DNA from: an uncultured Gammaproteobacteria bacterium
GTDB taxonomy: Bacteria; Pseudomonadota; Gammaproteobacteria; UBA9214
Assembly (NCBI GenBank): GCA_963748215.1
Contig: CAVVHS010000008.1
Span: forward strand, 96,001 to 160,000
Direction: 5' to 3'
DNA length: 64,000 bases
The notes beneath the pieces were generated by a model. That model made no database searches, was not told the origin of the DNA, and saw only the letters and a program-made list of their open reading frames with translations. This document shows, piece by piece, positions 52,253 through 62,372 of this stretch. Each line of letters starts with the position of its first letter. Within the stretch, counting starts at the first letter, position 1. The translations under genes and the position numbers were made by a program.

Positions 52253-52901
52253 GTGCCGGTCTCCGGGATACCGCGTCCGCAGGATTGCTCAGGACTGTAA
52301 TCGGCGCTTGTAGCCGGAAATAAATCTACAGCGCCGAAACGTAGCAGGATCACGCCCCGGCCTGGCGGGGAAACGGTTTGACGAGGGTCAGCACGGCAGA
52401 GGGATTACCGCGAATTTCGCTGACACCCGTGTTTGCCGAAGTGGTAAAGCCGCCATGGCGCAACAGCTGTTGGAGCTTGGCTTCAAAATTGACAGATGTT
52501 TATGACCTCAAGCGTCGTTGCAGCGAGAATACCCCACCATTTATGTGATTCCATCGTCATTTCAGTTAGATACATAATTTTACAGCGATATATCAACTAC
52601 CACCCGTGGAACGGGTGGTATGATGAAATTCTGGAGGGTACGGGTTGTGAAAGCCCTGCAAGTCGTATCTGCATCCGGCGTTTTTCTTCCCGTTCCTGGT
52701 TTTGATGTAGGCCCGTGAAATTCCGCTTCACCTGCAGATACACACGGAAAATACGGACCGCCGACTTGCCTTTCAGCAATCCTGCCGCATGGGCCATACC
52801 GGACTTCGGCGGAATTATCAACCGCAACCCCGGATAACAGCTCCGCCGCAGCACCGGGACCAGGACCGTAACGTGCCAGCAACATGCAATCACCGGCTTT
52901 C

Positions 52902-52915
52902 ATGATTTACATCAA
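52902..52915 (+). promoter_or_regulatory. FNR/ANR box upstream of the multiheme operon
   Basis: ATGAT-TTAC-ATCAA (9 of 10 positions match), about 70 bp upstream of the probable start. Confidence 0.65.
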
Positions 52916-52982
52916 GTGGCGGCGCGCGATATGTGGAATATTCCCTAGCTGCATAACAAGACTTTCACCACGACAATCGACC

Positions 52983-55958
52983 ATGATCTCTCCTGCAACT
53001 GCGGCCTGTCCAGTGTGCGTACTCCTGCTGCTGGTTGTCGTGAGCGGCACATTGGCCGCAGCACCAAAGCATGCCGGCGACATTCAAGCCCGCGAGCAAA
53101 CGGCAAGCGTCCGGGAGCACATGCCGGAGCACCCGCTCCATACCAATCACGCGTTTTTCTTCCACGAGCCGTTCGCGGACGGCCCGAGCGTCACCCGCGC
53201 CTGCCTGGAATGCCACCCCGACTCGGCCCGCGAGGTCATGCAGACCGCGCACTGGAACTGGCAGGGCGAGGAAGTCATGGTGCCCGGGCACGACGGCGCA
53301 GTGCGCATCGGCAAGCGCAACGTCATCAACAATTTCTGCATCGGCGTGCAGTCCAACTGGCCGGCCTGCACCATGTGCCACATCGGCTACGGCTGGGAAG
53401 ACGAGCAATTCGATTTCCAGGACGCCTCGCGGGTCGACTGCCTGGTGTGCCATGACAACAGCGGCACCTACCGGAAGAAAGTCCGCGGCGCCGGCATGCC
53501 CGACGAATCCGTCGACTTGCTGGCCGTCGCGCGCAGCGTGGGTATGCCACGCCGCCAGAACTGTGGCGGCTGTCACTTCCAGGGCGGCGGCGGCAATGCC
53601 GTCAAGCACGGTGATATGGACGAGACGCTGCTGTTCCCCAGCGAGCGCATCGATGTGCACATGGGCCGGTACGACATGCAGTGCGTCGACTGTCATCGCA
53701 CCGAGCACCACGTGATCCGGGGCCGGGCCATGGCGGTCAGCGTCGACGACAAGAACCGCGTGGCATGCACCGACTGCCATGCCGAAACACCGCATGCCGA
53801 CGTGCGCCTGAACGCCCATACCACGCGACTGGCCTGCCAGACCTGCCATATTCCGCACATGGCGGCCGACACCGGCACCAAGATGTTCTGGGACTGGTCG
53901 GAGGCCGGCCAGGACCTGGACATCACCGACGAGCACCGCTACCTGAAGATCAAGGGCCGCTTCACCTGGGCCAGGAAATTGCCGCCGGAATACCGCTGGT
54001 ACAACGAGACTTCGACCCGCTATATCACCGGCGACACCATCGATCCCGCCCGGCCGACCCGGATCACCGCCCCCTTGGGTGACCGCGATGACCCCGGTGC
54101 AAAGATATGGCCGTTCAAGGTGCACCGTGGCAAGCAGCCCTATGACACCGAAAACAACTACTTCCTGGTGCCCAATGTGCATGGCGACAAGGGCTTCTGG
54201 ACTGCGTTCGACTGGGAGACCGCCCTGCAGACGGGCGCAGAGATTACCGGCCTGCCCTACAGCGGGTCCTACAAATTCGCCCCGACCGAGATGTACTTTC
54301 CGCTGTCCCACATGGTCACCGATCCGGACGAGGCACTGCAATGCCGTGACTGTCATGGCGAACGCGGCCGCATCGACTGGGTCGCACTGGGCTACAGCAG
54401 TGATCCGCTTGGCCGTCCGCGCCTGGAACACGACCCTGTCTACCTGAACGATGCCGATGGCGTGCCGGTGACCGAATCGGGCGCGCCGCTGTCGGTAAGC
54501 GAGACCTGCGGGATGTGCCACGAACTCGAGGATGAGGACTTCGTCGCCAGCCACGGCTATCACAGCAGTGTGCAGGATGACCTGCTGCCGCCCGAACGGC
54601 GCCGGCTGATGCGCGACGGACCACGCATCCCGTCTGATGTGGACAACCAGATGAACTGCTTCCTGTGCCACCTGCAGGAGGCCGACCTTGACGGCCGGCA
54701 GGCCGCTATCGACGCCGGCGCTCCGGAATGGTCGATCAGCGCCACCTTGCTGGGCACGGGCCTGATCGCGGCATTACCAGACGGTTACCAGTGGAACAGC
54801 GAGCGGTTCGGTGAGGACGGCGAGACCGCCATCGACCTGCAACCGGTGTCCGAGGCGCAATGCGGCGCCTGCCACGGCATGGTCCATGACGGCGCCGACG
54901 CACTGCAGGTTACTCTGGGCACCGGGCAGTACTGGACCACGGAGACCACCGGCCAGGTGTTCTCGCCACAGCCGGTGCGGCTGTCCGGCATGAACCACAA
55001 GAACAAGGACACGCTCGACCTGGTGTGGGATGTGCATGCCGAACGCCTGGTCTCCTGCGGCGACTGCCATTACACGAGCAAGCGCCCCGAACGTCTGGCG
55101 GGTACGACTACGCCGGCGGGCGTGGTCCCGTCCGAGGGCGTCAAGCGCCGCTGCGAGAGCTGTCACAGCCTGGATGATACACATAGCTGGTTGCCGGAAG
55201 CGGCGCGCCACTACCATGCGGTCGCCTGCGAAGCCTGCCACGTACCGAGACTGGAAATGGGTGCAAGGGAAAGCATCGACAACACCGTCATGCAGCCGGA
55301 CGCCTCGCCATTGATCAGCTATCGCGGTATAGACGACACCAGCCTGGAAAATATCAGTGCCGCCTACATTACCGGCTACCGGCCCCTGCTGCGGGTCGGC
55401 AAGAGCGCGCTGGGCATGAACCAGGTACTGTCCTACAACCTGGTTACAGAATGGCACTGGGCAGACGGAGACAACCCCGCACCGCTTGCGGCACAACAGC
55501 TACGTGCGGCCTGGCTTGAGGATGGCGGCTACCCGGTTGCGATCATGGAAACCTTTGACGCCGATCACAACGGCCAGCTGGACCGGCAGGAGCTGCGCCT
55601 GGACGACAACAGCAAGCTGATGCTGATCAAGGAGCGGTTGCGTGCCGCGGGGGTGCGCAACCCGATGGTTCGCGGCGAGGTGCGCGCCTACCACATCCAT
55701 CACAATATCCGCCACGGCGCCCGGGTAAACCGCGACTGCACGGCCTGCCACCCGGACGACAAACAGGCCATGCCGGGATTCGAGCTGGCGCCCTATGTAC
55801 CGGCCGACGTGAAACCGGTGCTGATGCAGGACACAACCGAGATCGTCCTCGACGGCAGCTGGGACAAGACTGCGGACGGCAGCCTGCGCTTCGCGCCCGC
55901 ACGCGGCGTCGCGGAATCCTGGCAGGCGCAGGAGAACACCATACGGAGCGAACCATGA
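52983..55958 (+). CDS. Octaheme tetrathionate reductase (OTR)-family cytochrome fused to a 7-heme domain (15 CxxCH)
   Basis: VTRACLECH, HWNW, GKRNVINNFC, CTMCHIGYGW, GGGGNAVKHGD, DVHM, WDWSEAG and PFKVHRGKQPYD; seven more CxxCH lie C-terminally; start uncertain. Confidence 0.88.
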   Translation: MISPATAACPVCVLLLLVVVSGTLAAAPKHAGDIQAREQTASVREHMPEHPLHTNHAFFFHEPFADGPSVTRACLECHPDSAREVMQTAHWNWQGEEVMVPGHDGAVRIGKRNVINNFCIGVQSNWPACTMCHIGYGWEDEQFDFQDASRVDCLVCHDNSGTYRKKVRGAGMPDESVDLLAVARSVGMPRRQNCGGCHFQGGGGNAVKHGDMDETLLFPSERIDVHMGRYDMQCVDCHRTEHHVIRGRAMAVSVDDKNRVACTDCHAETPHADVRLNAHTTRLACQTCHIPHMAADTGTKMFWDWSEAGQDLDITDEHRYLKIKGRFTWARKLPPEYRWYNETSTRYITGDTIDPARPTRITAPLGDRDDPGAKIWPFKVHRGKQPYDTENNYFLVPNVHGDKGFWTAFDWETALQTGAEITGLPYSGSYKFAPTEMYFPLSHMVTDPDEALQCRDCHGERGRIDWVALGYSSDPLGRPRLEHDPVYLNDADGVPVTESGAPLSVSETCGMCHELEDEDFVASHGYHSSVQDDLLPPERRRLMRDGPRIPSDVDNQMNCFLCHLQEADLDGRQAAIDAGAPEWSISATLLGTGLIAALPDGYQWNSERFGEDGETAIDLQPVSEAQCGACHGMVHDGADALQVTLGTGQYWTTETTGQVFSPQPVRLSGMNHKNKDTLDLVWDVHAERLVSCGDCHYTSKRPERLAGTTTPAGVVPSEGVKRRCESCHSLDDTHSWLPEAARHYHAVACEACHVPRLEMGARESIDNTVMQPDASPLISYRGIDDTSLENISAAYITGYRPLLRVGKSALGMNQVLSYNLVTEWHWADGDNPAPLAAQQLRAAWLEDGGYPVAIMETFDADHNGQLDRQELRLDDNSKLMLIKERLRAAGVRNPMVRGEVRAYHIHHNIRHGARVNRDCTACHPDDKQAMPGFELAPYVPADVKPVLMQDTTEIVLDGSWDKTADGSLRFAPARGVAESWQAQENTIRSEP

Positions 55959-56506
55959 ATGACATGTCCGACAAGATCAAATACTGGAATCCCTACCTGG
56001 GTGGCGCACTGCTGGGCGTCCTGCTGTTCCTGTCGTTTTTCATCACCGGCCACGGGCTGGGCGCCTCGGGCGGCGTCAATCGCATCACCGTCGCGATTCA
56101 GGACCTGGTCGTCCCCAAACATGTCGACAAGTCGCCCTATCTCGCGGAACTGGCCGGCGGTGACCGGGACCCGCTGCGCCACTGGATCGTACTGGAGGTG
56201 GCCGGGGTCATGCTCGGTGGCTTCGTGTCCGGCCTGCTGCGCGGCCGCGTGCGTCTGCAGACCTATCACGGCCCGCTGATCACACCGCGCACCCGCTGGG
56301 CCTTCGCCTTCGCGGGCGGCGTCCTGATGGGCTATGGCGCACGCCTGGCGCGCGGCTGCACCTCGGGCCAGGCGCTGAGCGGCGGGGCCGTCCTGTCGGT
56401 CGGCAGCTGGGCCTTCATGTTCGCCGTGTTTGCCGGCGGATACGCCCTGGCGTGGTTCGTCCGGCGCCTGTGGCAACCGGGAGACATAGCCGATGGCGCC
56501 CTTTGA
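55955..56506 (+). CDS. YeeE/YedE sulfur-compound transporter, half 1
   Basis: YWNPYLGG, GLGASG and GARLARGCTSGQALSG. Confidence 0.88.
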   Translation: MNDMSDKIKYWNPYLGGALLGVLLFLSFFITGHGLGASGGVNRITVAIQDLVVPKHVDKSPYLAELAGGDRDPLRHWIVLEVAGVMLGGFVSGLLRGRVRLQTYHGPLITPRTRWAFAFAGGVLMGYGARLARGCTSGQALSGGAVLSVGSWAFMFAVFAGGYALAWFVRRLWQPGDIADGAL

Positions 56507-57089
56507 TCTGACCACCACGCTCGGGGTCACCGGTTCCTACCTGGTCTACCTCGGTATCGGCTTCTGCTTCGGCTTCATCCTGGAATCCAGCGGCTTCGGG
56601 GATTCACGCAAGCTGGCCGCCCAGTTCTACTTCCGGGAACTGCGCGTGCTGAAGGTGATGTTCACCGCCATCGTGGTCGCGATGCTGCTGGTGTTCTGGG
56701 CCACGGCGCTGGGATGGCTTGATTACGACGACATCATGGTCAATGAAACCTGGTTGTGGCCCGGCATCGTCGGCGGTCTGATCATGGGTGTGGGCTTCAT
56801 CCTTGGTGGCTATTGCCCCGGCACCTCGCTGGTCAGCACGGCGACACTGAAGGTGGACGGCATGTTCTTTTTGCTTGGACTTTTTGTCGGGGTACTCGTC
56901 TTTGGTGAGACCGTGGGTTACATCAACGCGTTCTGGAACTCCAGCTACATGGGCCGCTTCATCCTGCCGGAACTGCTCGGACTCGAGATCGGGGTGGTGG
57001 TGTTGCTGGTGGTCTGTCTGGCCATCGCCATGTTCCTGGGATTTGGCTGGATCCAGCGACTGATCTACGGCCGGGGAGACCCGGAATGA
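56493..57089 (+). CDS. YeeE/YedE sulfur-compound transporter, half 2
   Basis: GFCFGFILESSGF, VLKVMFTAI and GGYCPGT. Confidence 0.88.
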   Translation: MAPFDLTTTLGVTGSYLVYLGIGFCFGFILESSGFGDSRKLAAQFYFRELRVLKVMFTAIVVAMLLVFWATALGWLDYDDIMVNETWLWPGIVGGLIMGVGFILGGYCPGTSLVSTATLKVDGMFFLLGLFVGVLVFGETVGYINAFWNSSYMGRFILPELLGLEIGVVVLLVVCLAIAMFLGFGWIQRLIYGRGDPE

Positions 57090-57736
57090 ACACCCTGTTC
57101 AACCCGCACAGCCTCGGCGCCGCCTTCCTGCTCGCGGCCGCAGCGGCACTGGCACTGCATGGCCAGCCCGATCTGGAACAGAAGTGGGCCTTCATGGCAC
57201 CGGAGTACGGCTCCCGGCTGACATATCGCGAGGTCTACATCGACCCGGCCGAGCTGCTGGACCTGATGAACAACGACTATATCGAGCTGGTCATTTACGA
57301 CGTGCGCGACGAGCGCGACTGGAACATGTTTCACCTGGTGGATGCCGAACGCATCGCCCTGGACGACCTGCCGGGACAACGGGAACGGTTACGCGCGCTG
57401 TCGGAGCTTGGCGTGGTCGTGATTGTCAGCAACGACGAAATTCTTGCAACGGAGGCCTGGAAACGGATAATGGCACTGGCCAAACCCAATGCTTACATCC
57501 TGGAGGGCGGCCTCAATCACTGGCTCAATATCTACGGCGTAACGAATGAAGAAGCCACGGATCATGCCACGGCCAGCCTGGCCGAACCGGACGGCACCCT
57601 GCGGCATCCGTTCAAGCTGGCGCTGGGTGCCCGGCATGCGGCGGCACGCCCGGATGAACACCGCGTGCCGCAACGGGAATATACCGCCAAAGTCAGACTG
57701 CTCAAGAAAGTCGCCAAGGCGGGCGGCTGTAACTAG
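57086..57736 (+). CDS. Membrane-anchored or exported rhodanese-fold protein with a C-terminal GGC tail
   Basis: YDVRDERDWNMFHL and YILEGGLNHW; no Cys in the active-site loop; ends KAGGCN. Confidence 0.8.
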   Translation: MNTLFNPHSLGAAFLLAAAAALALHGQPDLEQKWAFMAPEYGSRLTYREVYIDPAELLDLMNNDYIELVIYDVRDERDWNMFHLVDAERIALDDLPGQRERLRALSELGVVVIVSNDEILATEAWKRIMALAKPNAYILEGGLNHWLNIYGVTNEEATDHATASLAEPDGTLRHPFKLALGARHAAARPDEHRVPQREYTAKVRLLKKVAKAGGCN

Positions 57737-57764
57737 ATCTGGAACACGGGAGACCCGAATCACC

Positions 57765-58701
57765 ATGAACATCAAACGCCTGCTTGTGATTTGCCTGCTT
57801 GCCTGGAGCGCCATCGTCGTACGGCGCCGGTGAAGAAGCTGTCGAGGAGAATCCCTGCCAGGGCATGGCGGAAGGCGAAGTCATGGGCGTGGAGGTCTGC
57901 AATGAATGTCACGCGGACCAGGTCACCGGCATGCGCATGAACTCGCACGGCCAGGCGGCGGATGCCCGGACACCCTTTGCCGGTGATGGCTGCGAAACCT
58001 GTCATGGACCGGGCACCACGCATTTCGAGGTGGAAGGCAACTGCATTATCAGCCTGCGCGGCAAGTTCGGCGAATCCGTGGAACTGCGCAACGACATTTG
58101 CCTCGACTGCCACAGCAGCGACATGATGCACTGGCCCGGCAGCACCCACGAAAGCGAGGACCTCGCCTGTACCAGCTGCCACGAAATTCACACCCCGGGC
58201 AAGGTACTGGAGCGCACGACCCAGGCCGAGGTGTGCTACCGGTGCCACAAGGACATCACGGGCACAAACCTTCCGGTCGTCCACGCACCCGATCCGGGAT
58301 GGCAAGGTGGTCTGCAGCGATTGCCACAATCCGCATGGCTCCGCGGGGCCTGCAGCACTGAAGCAAACCGGGCATCAACGAAACCTGTTACAGCTGTCAC
58401 GCCGAGAAGCGCGGCCCGTTCCTGTGGGAACATTTCCCGGTCACCGAGGACTGCACCCTGTGTCACCAGGCGCATGGCTCCAGCCACGAGTCGCTGCTGA
58501 ACCGGCAGCCTCCGCAACTCTGCCAGCAATGCCACCAGGACATCAGCACCCAGGGCCGGCAGGCATGTACGTCGTTTCCTGGACTTTGACGAACCCGCTG
58601 ATCCCGCACGCCGCCGCCTGATCGTGGGCGAGAGCTGCATGAACTGCCATTCACAAATACATGGTTCCAACCACCCGTCCGGTGTGAACCTGATGCGCTA
58701 A
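57765..58701 (+). CDS. MtrA/DmsE family decaheme cytochrome c (four single-base insertions)
   Basis: Ten CxxCH across frames (CNECH, CETCH, CLDCH, CTSCH, CYRCH, CSDCH, CYSCH, CTLCH, CQQCH, CMNCH); [10 protein letters not shown]; terminal HGSNHPSG. Confidence 0.87.
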
Positions 58702-58737
58702 GGAACTGCAACGGTATTCGTTACCAGGTAGCCGGCT

Positions 58738-60850
58738 ATGCACATGAAAATACCCGTTACGATGATCAGCCTGCTGGTCATGACCCTCAGCCCGGTTGCA
58801 ATCCGCGCACAGGAGACAGGCGCGCAGCCGGAACAAAATGATCCCCTGCTGTACAGCACGCTGGAAGCGGGTATCGGCTACAGCAGCGACGACGCCTACC
58901 GCTTTGGCCGTTACACCGGTCTGAAAGACGAAGGGCCATACCTGCTCGGTGACGTGGATGCCTACAGCTATACCGAAGACGGTCGATTCTGGAGCGCGCG
59001 CGGCACGAACCTCGGACTGGACTCCCGTTACCTGCGACTTGAGGGCGGCAGGCAGGGACAGCAGCAGTACTTCATCGAATACGACCGGCTGCCCAATTAT
59101 GAAAACAATACCGCGAGCACACCGTTCCTGGGTACCGGATCCGGCTCGCTGACGCTGCCCGCCGGCTTTGATATCACCACCAACCTGAACAGTTTCCTGC
59201 TGCCCTTCGATATCGAGACGACGCGGGAACGTATCGGTCTGGGTGCCCGGTTCGTCCCCCGGCGCAACTGGAAGCTGGACGTTGCCTTTCGGCACGAAAC
59301 CAAGGACGGGACTGACCGTATCGGCAGCGTCATAGCCAAAGGCATTGGCGGCGGTCCCGGTGACGGTCTGCTCACCAATGCCACCGCCGCCCTGTTGCCG
59401 GAACCCATCGACTACACCACCAAGCTGGTGGATGTGACGCTGCACTATGCGAAGGGCAAGGGCCAGTTCGATATCGCCTATCACCTGTCGCTGTTCGACA
59501 ATGGCATAGATGCGCTCAGCTGGGAGGACCCGTTTGCGACCCTGGTCGATGGCGTAATCGATGGCAGACAGTCCCTGGAACCGGACAACGAATTTCACCA
59601 GCTGGCCTTCACCGGGAGCTACCAGCTGCCCTATCAAAGCCAGATAACGGGTTTACTCTCCGCGGGCCGCATGACCCAGGACCAGGCCTTCCTGCCCTAC
59701 AGCGTTACTGCCGGCGCAGCGTTACCACGCAATTCGCTCGATGGCGAGGTATGGCTGACCACGGCCCAGCTCGCATGGAACAGCCGGCCCACGAGCAATC
59801 TGCGCCTCAATGCCCGCTACCGCTATGACGAGCGGGACAACAATTCACCGGTCGACATCGTATGCCTATATCGTTGCCGATGACCCTTCCGTTGCCTTTG
59901 CACCGGTTACGAATCGCCCACTCGGTTATCAACGCGACCAGTTTGACCTGACGCTCAACTACCGTATCAGCACCGGCATGAGTCTGCGCACCGGTTACCG
60001 CTACGATGCCATGTCCCGTGATTACCAGAATGCGGAACGTGCAGATACCAAGGAAAACACCCTGTTCGCGAAATGGAAGGTGGTGCCGCACGCAAAGGTG
60101 GATCTGTCCCTGAATGCCGAGGCAAGCAGCCGCGATGGCAACAACTACCAGCCACCCGTCGGAGAAAACCCGGCCCTGCGCAAATACCACCTTGCGGACC
60201 GTGGCCGTACCAAGATGGGCGCGGCAATGACTTTCATGCCCACCGAACAGCTGGACATCACGGCCAGCGCCGATTACATACGGGATGAATACCACAACTC
60301 GGACATCGGCCTGACAGAGGCGACCCAACCCACCTGGACGCTGGATATCGCCTGGCGGCCACATGAGTCTGTTACCACCAATGCCTGGTATACCCGCGAG
60401 GATATCGAGTCCAGCCAGGCGGGCGAGGATGCCGGCAGCGGCGCAATCCTCGGCATTCCCAACTGGACCGCGGATTTCGATGACACCGTGCACAGCGTGG
60501 GGCTGGGCGGCCGGGTGGACGGCATCCGCAACAAGTGGGATGTCGGCGCTGACATCGTGCATACCCGCACTGCCGGCGAGGTCGAGCTGGTCAACCAGGT
60601 GCCGGGCAGCGTCGTCACGCCCTACCCGGACCTGAAGACCTCACTGACCAGCCTGAAACTCTGGACCCGGTACCGCTACCGCAAGGACCTTTCCTGGAAA
60701 CTGGGCTACCGCTATGAACGCTACGCCGCGGACAACTGGGCACTGGACAACCTGCAGGCGGACAGTGTTGCGAATCTGCTGTTACTGGACGAGGAAACCC
60801 CGGACTACGACGTGCACGTCATCACGACGTCCGTCAGCTATCAGTTCTGA
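58738..60850 (+). CDS. MtrB/PioB family outer-membrane beta-barrel (frameshift near 59860)
   Basis: RFGRYTGL, LPEPIDYTT, EPDNEFHQ, GRMTQDQAFLPY, ENPALRKY.LADR and terminal SYQF. Confidence 0.88.
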
Positions 60851-60870
60851 TATAGCCACGCGCTGACGAA

Positions 60871-61951
60871 ATCGGCATAGGGGGCGGTCAGCATTGCTGA
60901 CCGTTCCCCTGCCACACCACCCGGCATGCGGGTCCGCACCGGGCGGTTCGAGAAGTTGAGGTCATGAGAGACGTGGCACTCCCAGCCGGTCGAAGTAGGC
61001 AATCGTCAGCACATGATGCACCGCGGAGAGGCTGTTATGCCACCAGCGGCGGCTCAGCGCCGCCACCGATTGCGCCACCCGGGGATTAGCTCCGAGCCGG
61101 AGCAGTTCCCGGTAGATCGTCTTGCCACGACGCCATTGCTTGAGGTGAAGGGCTCTCGGACGGCGACGTATCCACTCATCCAGCGATCGCCAGATTCGCG
61201 GGGTTTGTGCCAGCCCATAGTACCCTTTCCATCCCAACAGATAACGACGCAGTCTCTCGACCACCTCCGCCATACTGCGCCCGCCGTTGCGCCGGGTCAG
61301 TTGCCTGACCCTTTGCTTGAACGCCTCCAGCGCCTTCTCCGACACCCCGCGCCGTACCTCGCCATTCCCGGCCTGCCACAGGGCGTAGCCGAGAAACTTG
61401 CGGCTGAACACGCTGGCCACCGCACTCTTGGATTCATTGATCTTCAAGTGCAGTTTGTCGTAGCAGCGCCGCAGGAGCGCCATCACCCGCTCGCCCGCCT
61501 TCTGACTGCGTACATACACATGGCAGTCGTCGGCGTAGCGGGCAAAGCAATGCCCTCTGCGTTCCAGCTCACGATCCACCTCATCCAACAGCACGTTGGC
61601 CAGCAGCGGGTAGAGCGGGCCGCCTTGCGGCGTCCCCTCCACGCGCTCGATCACCACGCCGCCATCCATGATCCCCGCATTCAGGTAGGCCCGAACCAAC
61701 CGGATAACCCCGGCATCGTTCACGTTCTTGCTTACGCTACCTCGCCTTGATCACGAGAGCTTCGCGGCTTCATGCCCGCTCGCCCTGCTCGGCAGCGCCT
61801 TCTATCCGGTTCTTGTCCATCGGCTCGCAGCTTCGCTTCACGATTCCTCCCCACACTCGGTCACCCTTATGCAGTTGCGCTTCGCTTCGTTCGCCGTGAT
61901 CAACTTACGGTGGGACTTACACCCACAACAGTGCACCCGTGCCGGGCGCAC
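60871..61951 (-). mobile_element. Group IIC intron, internally deleted (1081 nt)
   Basis: 5' end GTGCGCCCGGCA at 61951; domain V/VI GAACCGCCCGGTGCGGACCCGCATGCCGGGTGGTGTGG...CCTATGCCGAT ends at 60871; inserted just after a stem-loop. Confidence 0.92.
60962..61723 (-). pseudogene. N-terminally truncated group II intron reverse transcriptase/maturase
   Basis: GTPQGGPL, RYADD, FLGY and the maturase X segment GWKGYY..LDEWIRRR; the N-terminal RT subdomains are missing. Confidence 0.9.
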
Positions 61952-61956
61952 ATGAT

Positions 61957-61982
61957 AAGGGCCGCATCATGCGGCCCTTTTT
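61957..61982. terminator. Terminator hairpin between convergent genes; target of the IIC intron
   Basis: AAGGGCCGC-ATCAT-GCGGCCCTT plus a T tract. Confidence 0.8.
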
Positions 61983-62003
61983 CATTCCCGGCTGCTCAGC
62001 CCG

Positions 62004-62372
62004 TCACTTGACGTGACACAGCTTGCATTTCTTCGGCTGTGGACCGGCCTCCCCGCCGTGCGCCACCGTGTATTCGTGACAACCGGCGCAGGTCGAATGA
62101 AACACCGTCTTGACCTTGGGCGCTTCAGCGTCTTTATCCCCATGGCATTCATGGCAGGGCTTGACGCGCTCGTCACCGGCCTCGAGGGTATGGTGACAGG
62201 TCGTGCACTCGGTGACAGTGAGATCGGCATGCATCTTGTGCAGGAAGGTCACCGTGCCCAGTTTCGTTTCGAACTGGATGACTTCCTTGTCGGATGGAAT
62301 GACCGGCTCTTCGGCGAGCACAACACCTGGCAGGCACATCACGGCAGCCAGCAGCATCAAATAACTTCGCAT
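62004..62372 (-). CDS. Tetraheme cytochrome c3-like protein
   Basis: Signal peptide; GTVTFLHKMH; CTTCHH, CHECH, FHSTCAGCH and CKLCH; GGAG RBS. Confidence 0.88.
   Translation of the reverse strand: MRSYLMLLAAVMCLPGVVLAEEPVIPSDKEVIQFETKLGTVTFLHKMHADLTVTECTTCHHTLEAGDERVKPCHECHGDKDAEAPKVKTVFHSTCAGCHEYTVAHGGEAGPQPKKCKLCHVK

Noticed and set aside
52260-52880. Short ORFs and hairpins in the long region upstream of the OTR gene
   Set aside because: No RBS or motif support; isolated hairpins near 52301-52337 and 52598-52620 are not enough to call an RNA
52965-54671. Long antisense ORFs (568 aa here; also 38957-40228, 41149-42336, 10403-11416)
   Set aside because: Shadow frames of GC-rich genes with no recognisable motifs
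60962-61723. Reverse transcriptase as a retron, DGR or defence RT
   Set aside because: It lies inside clear group II intron ends with domain V/VI and a maturase X domain
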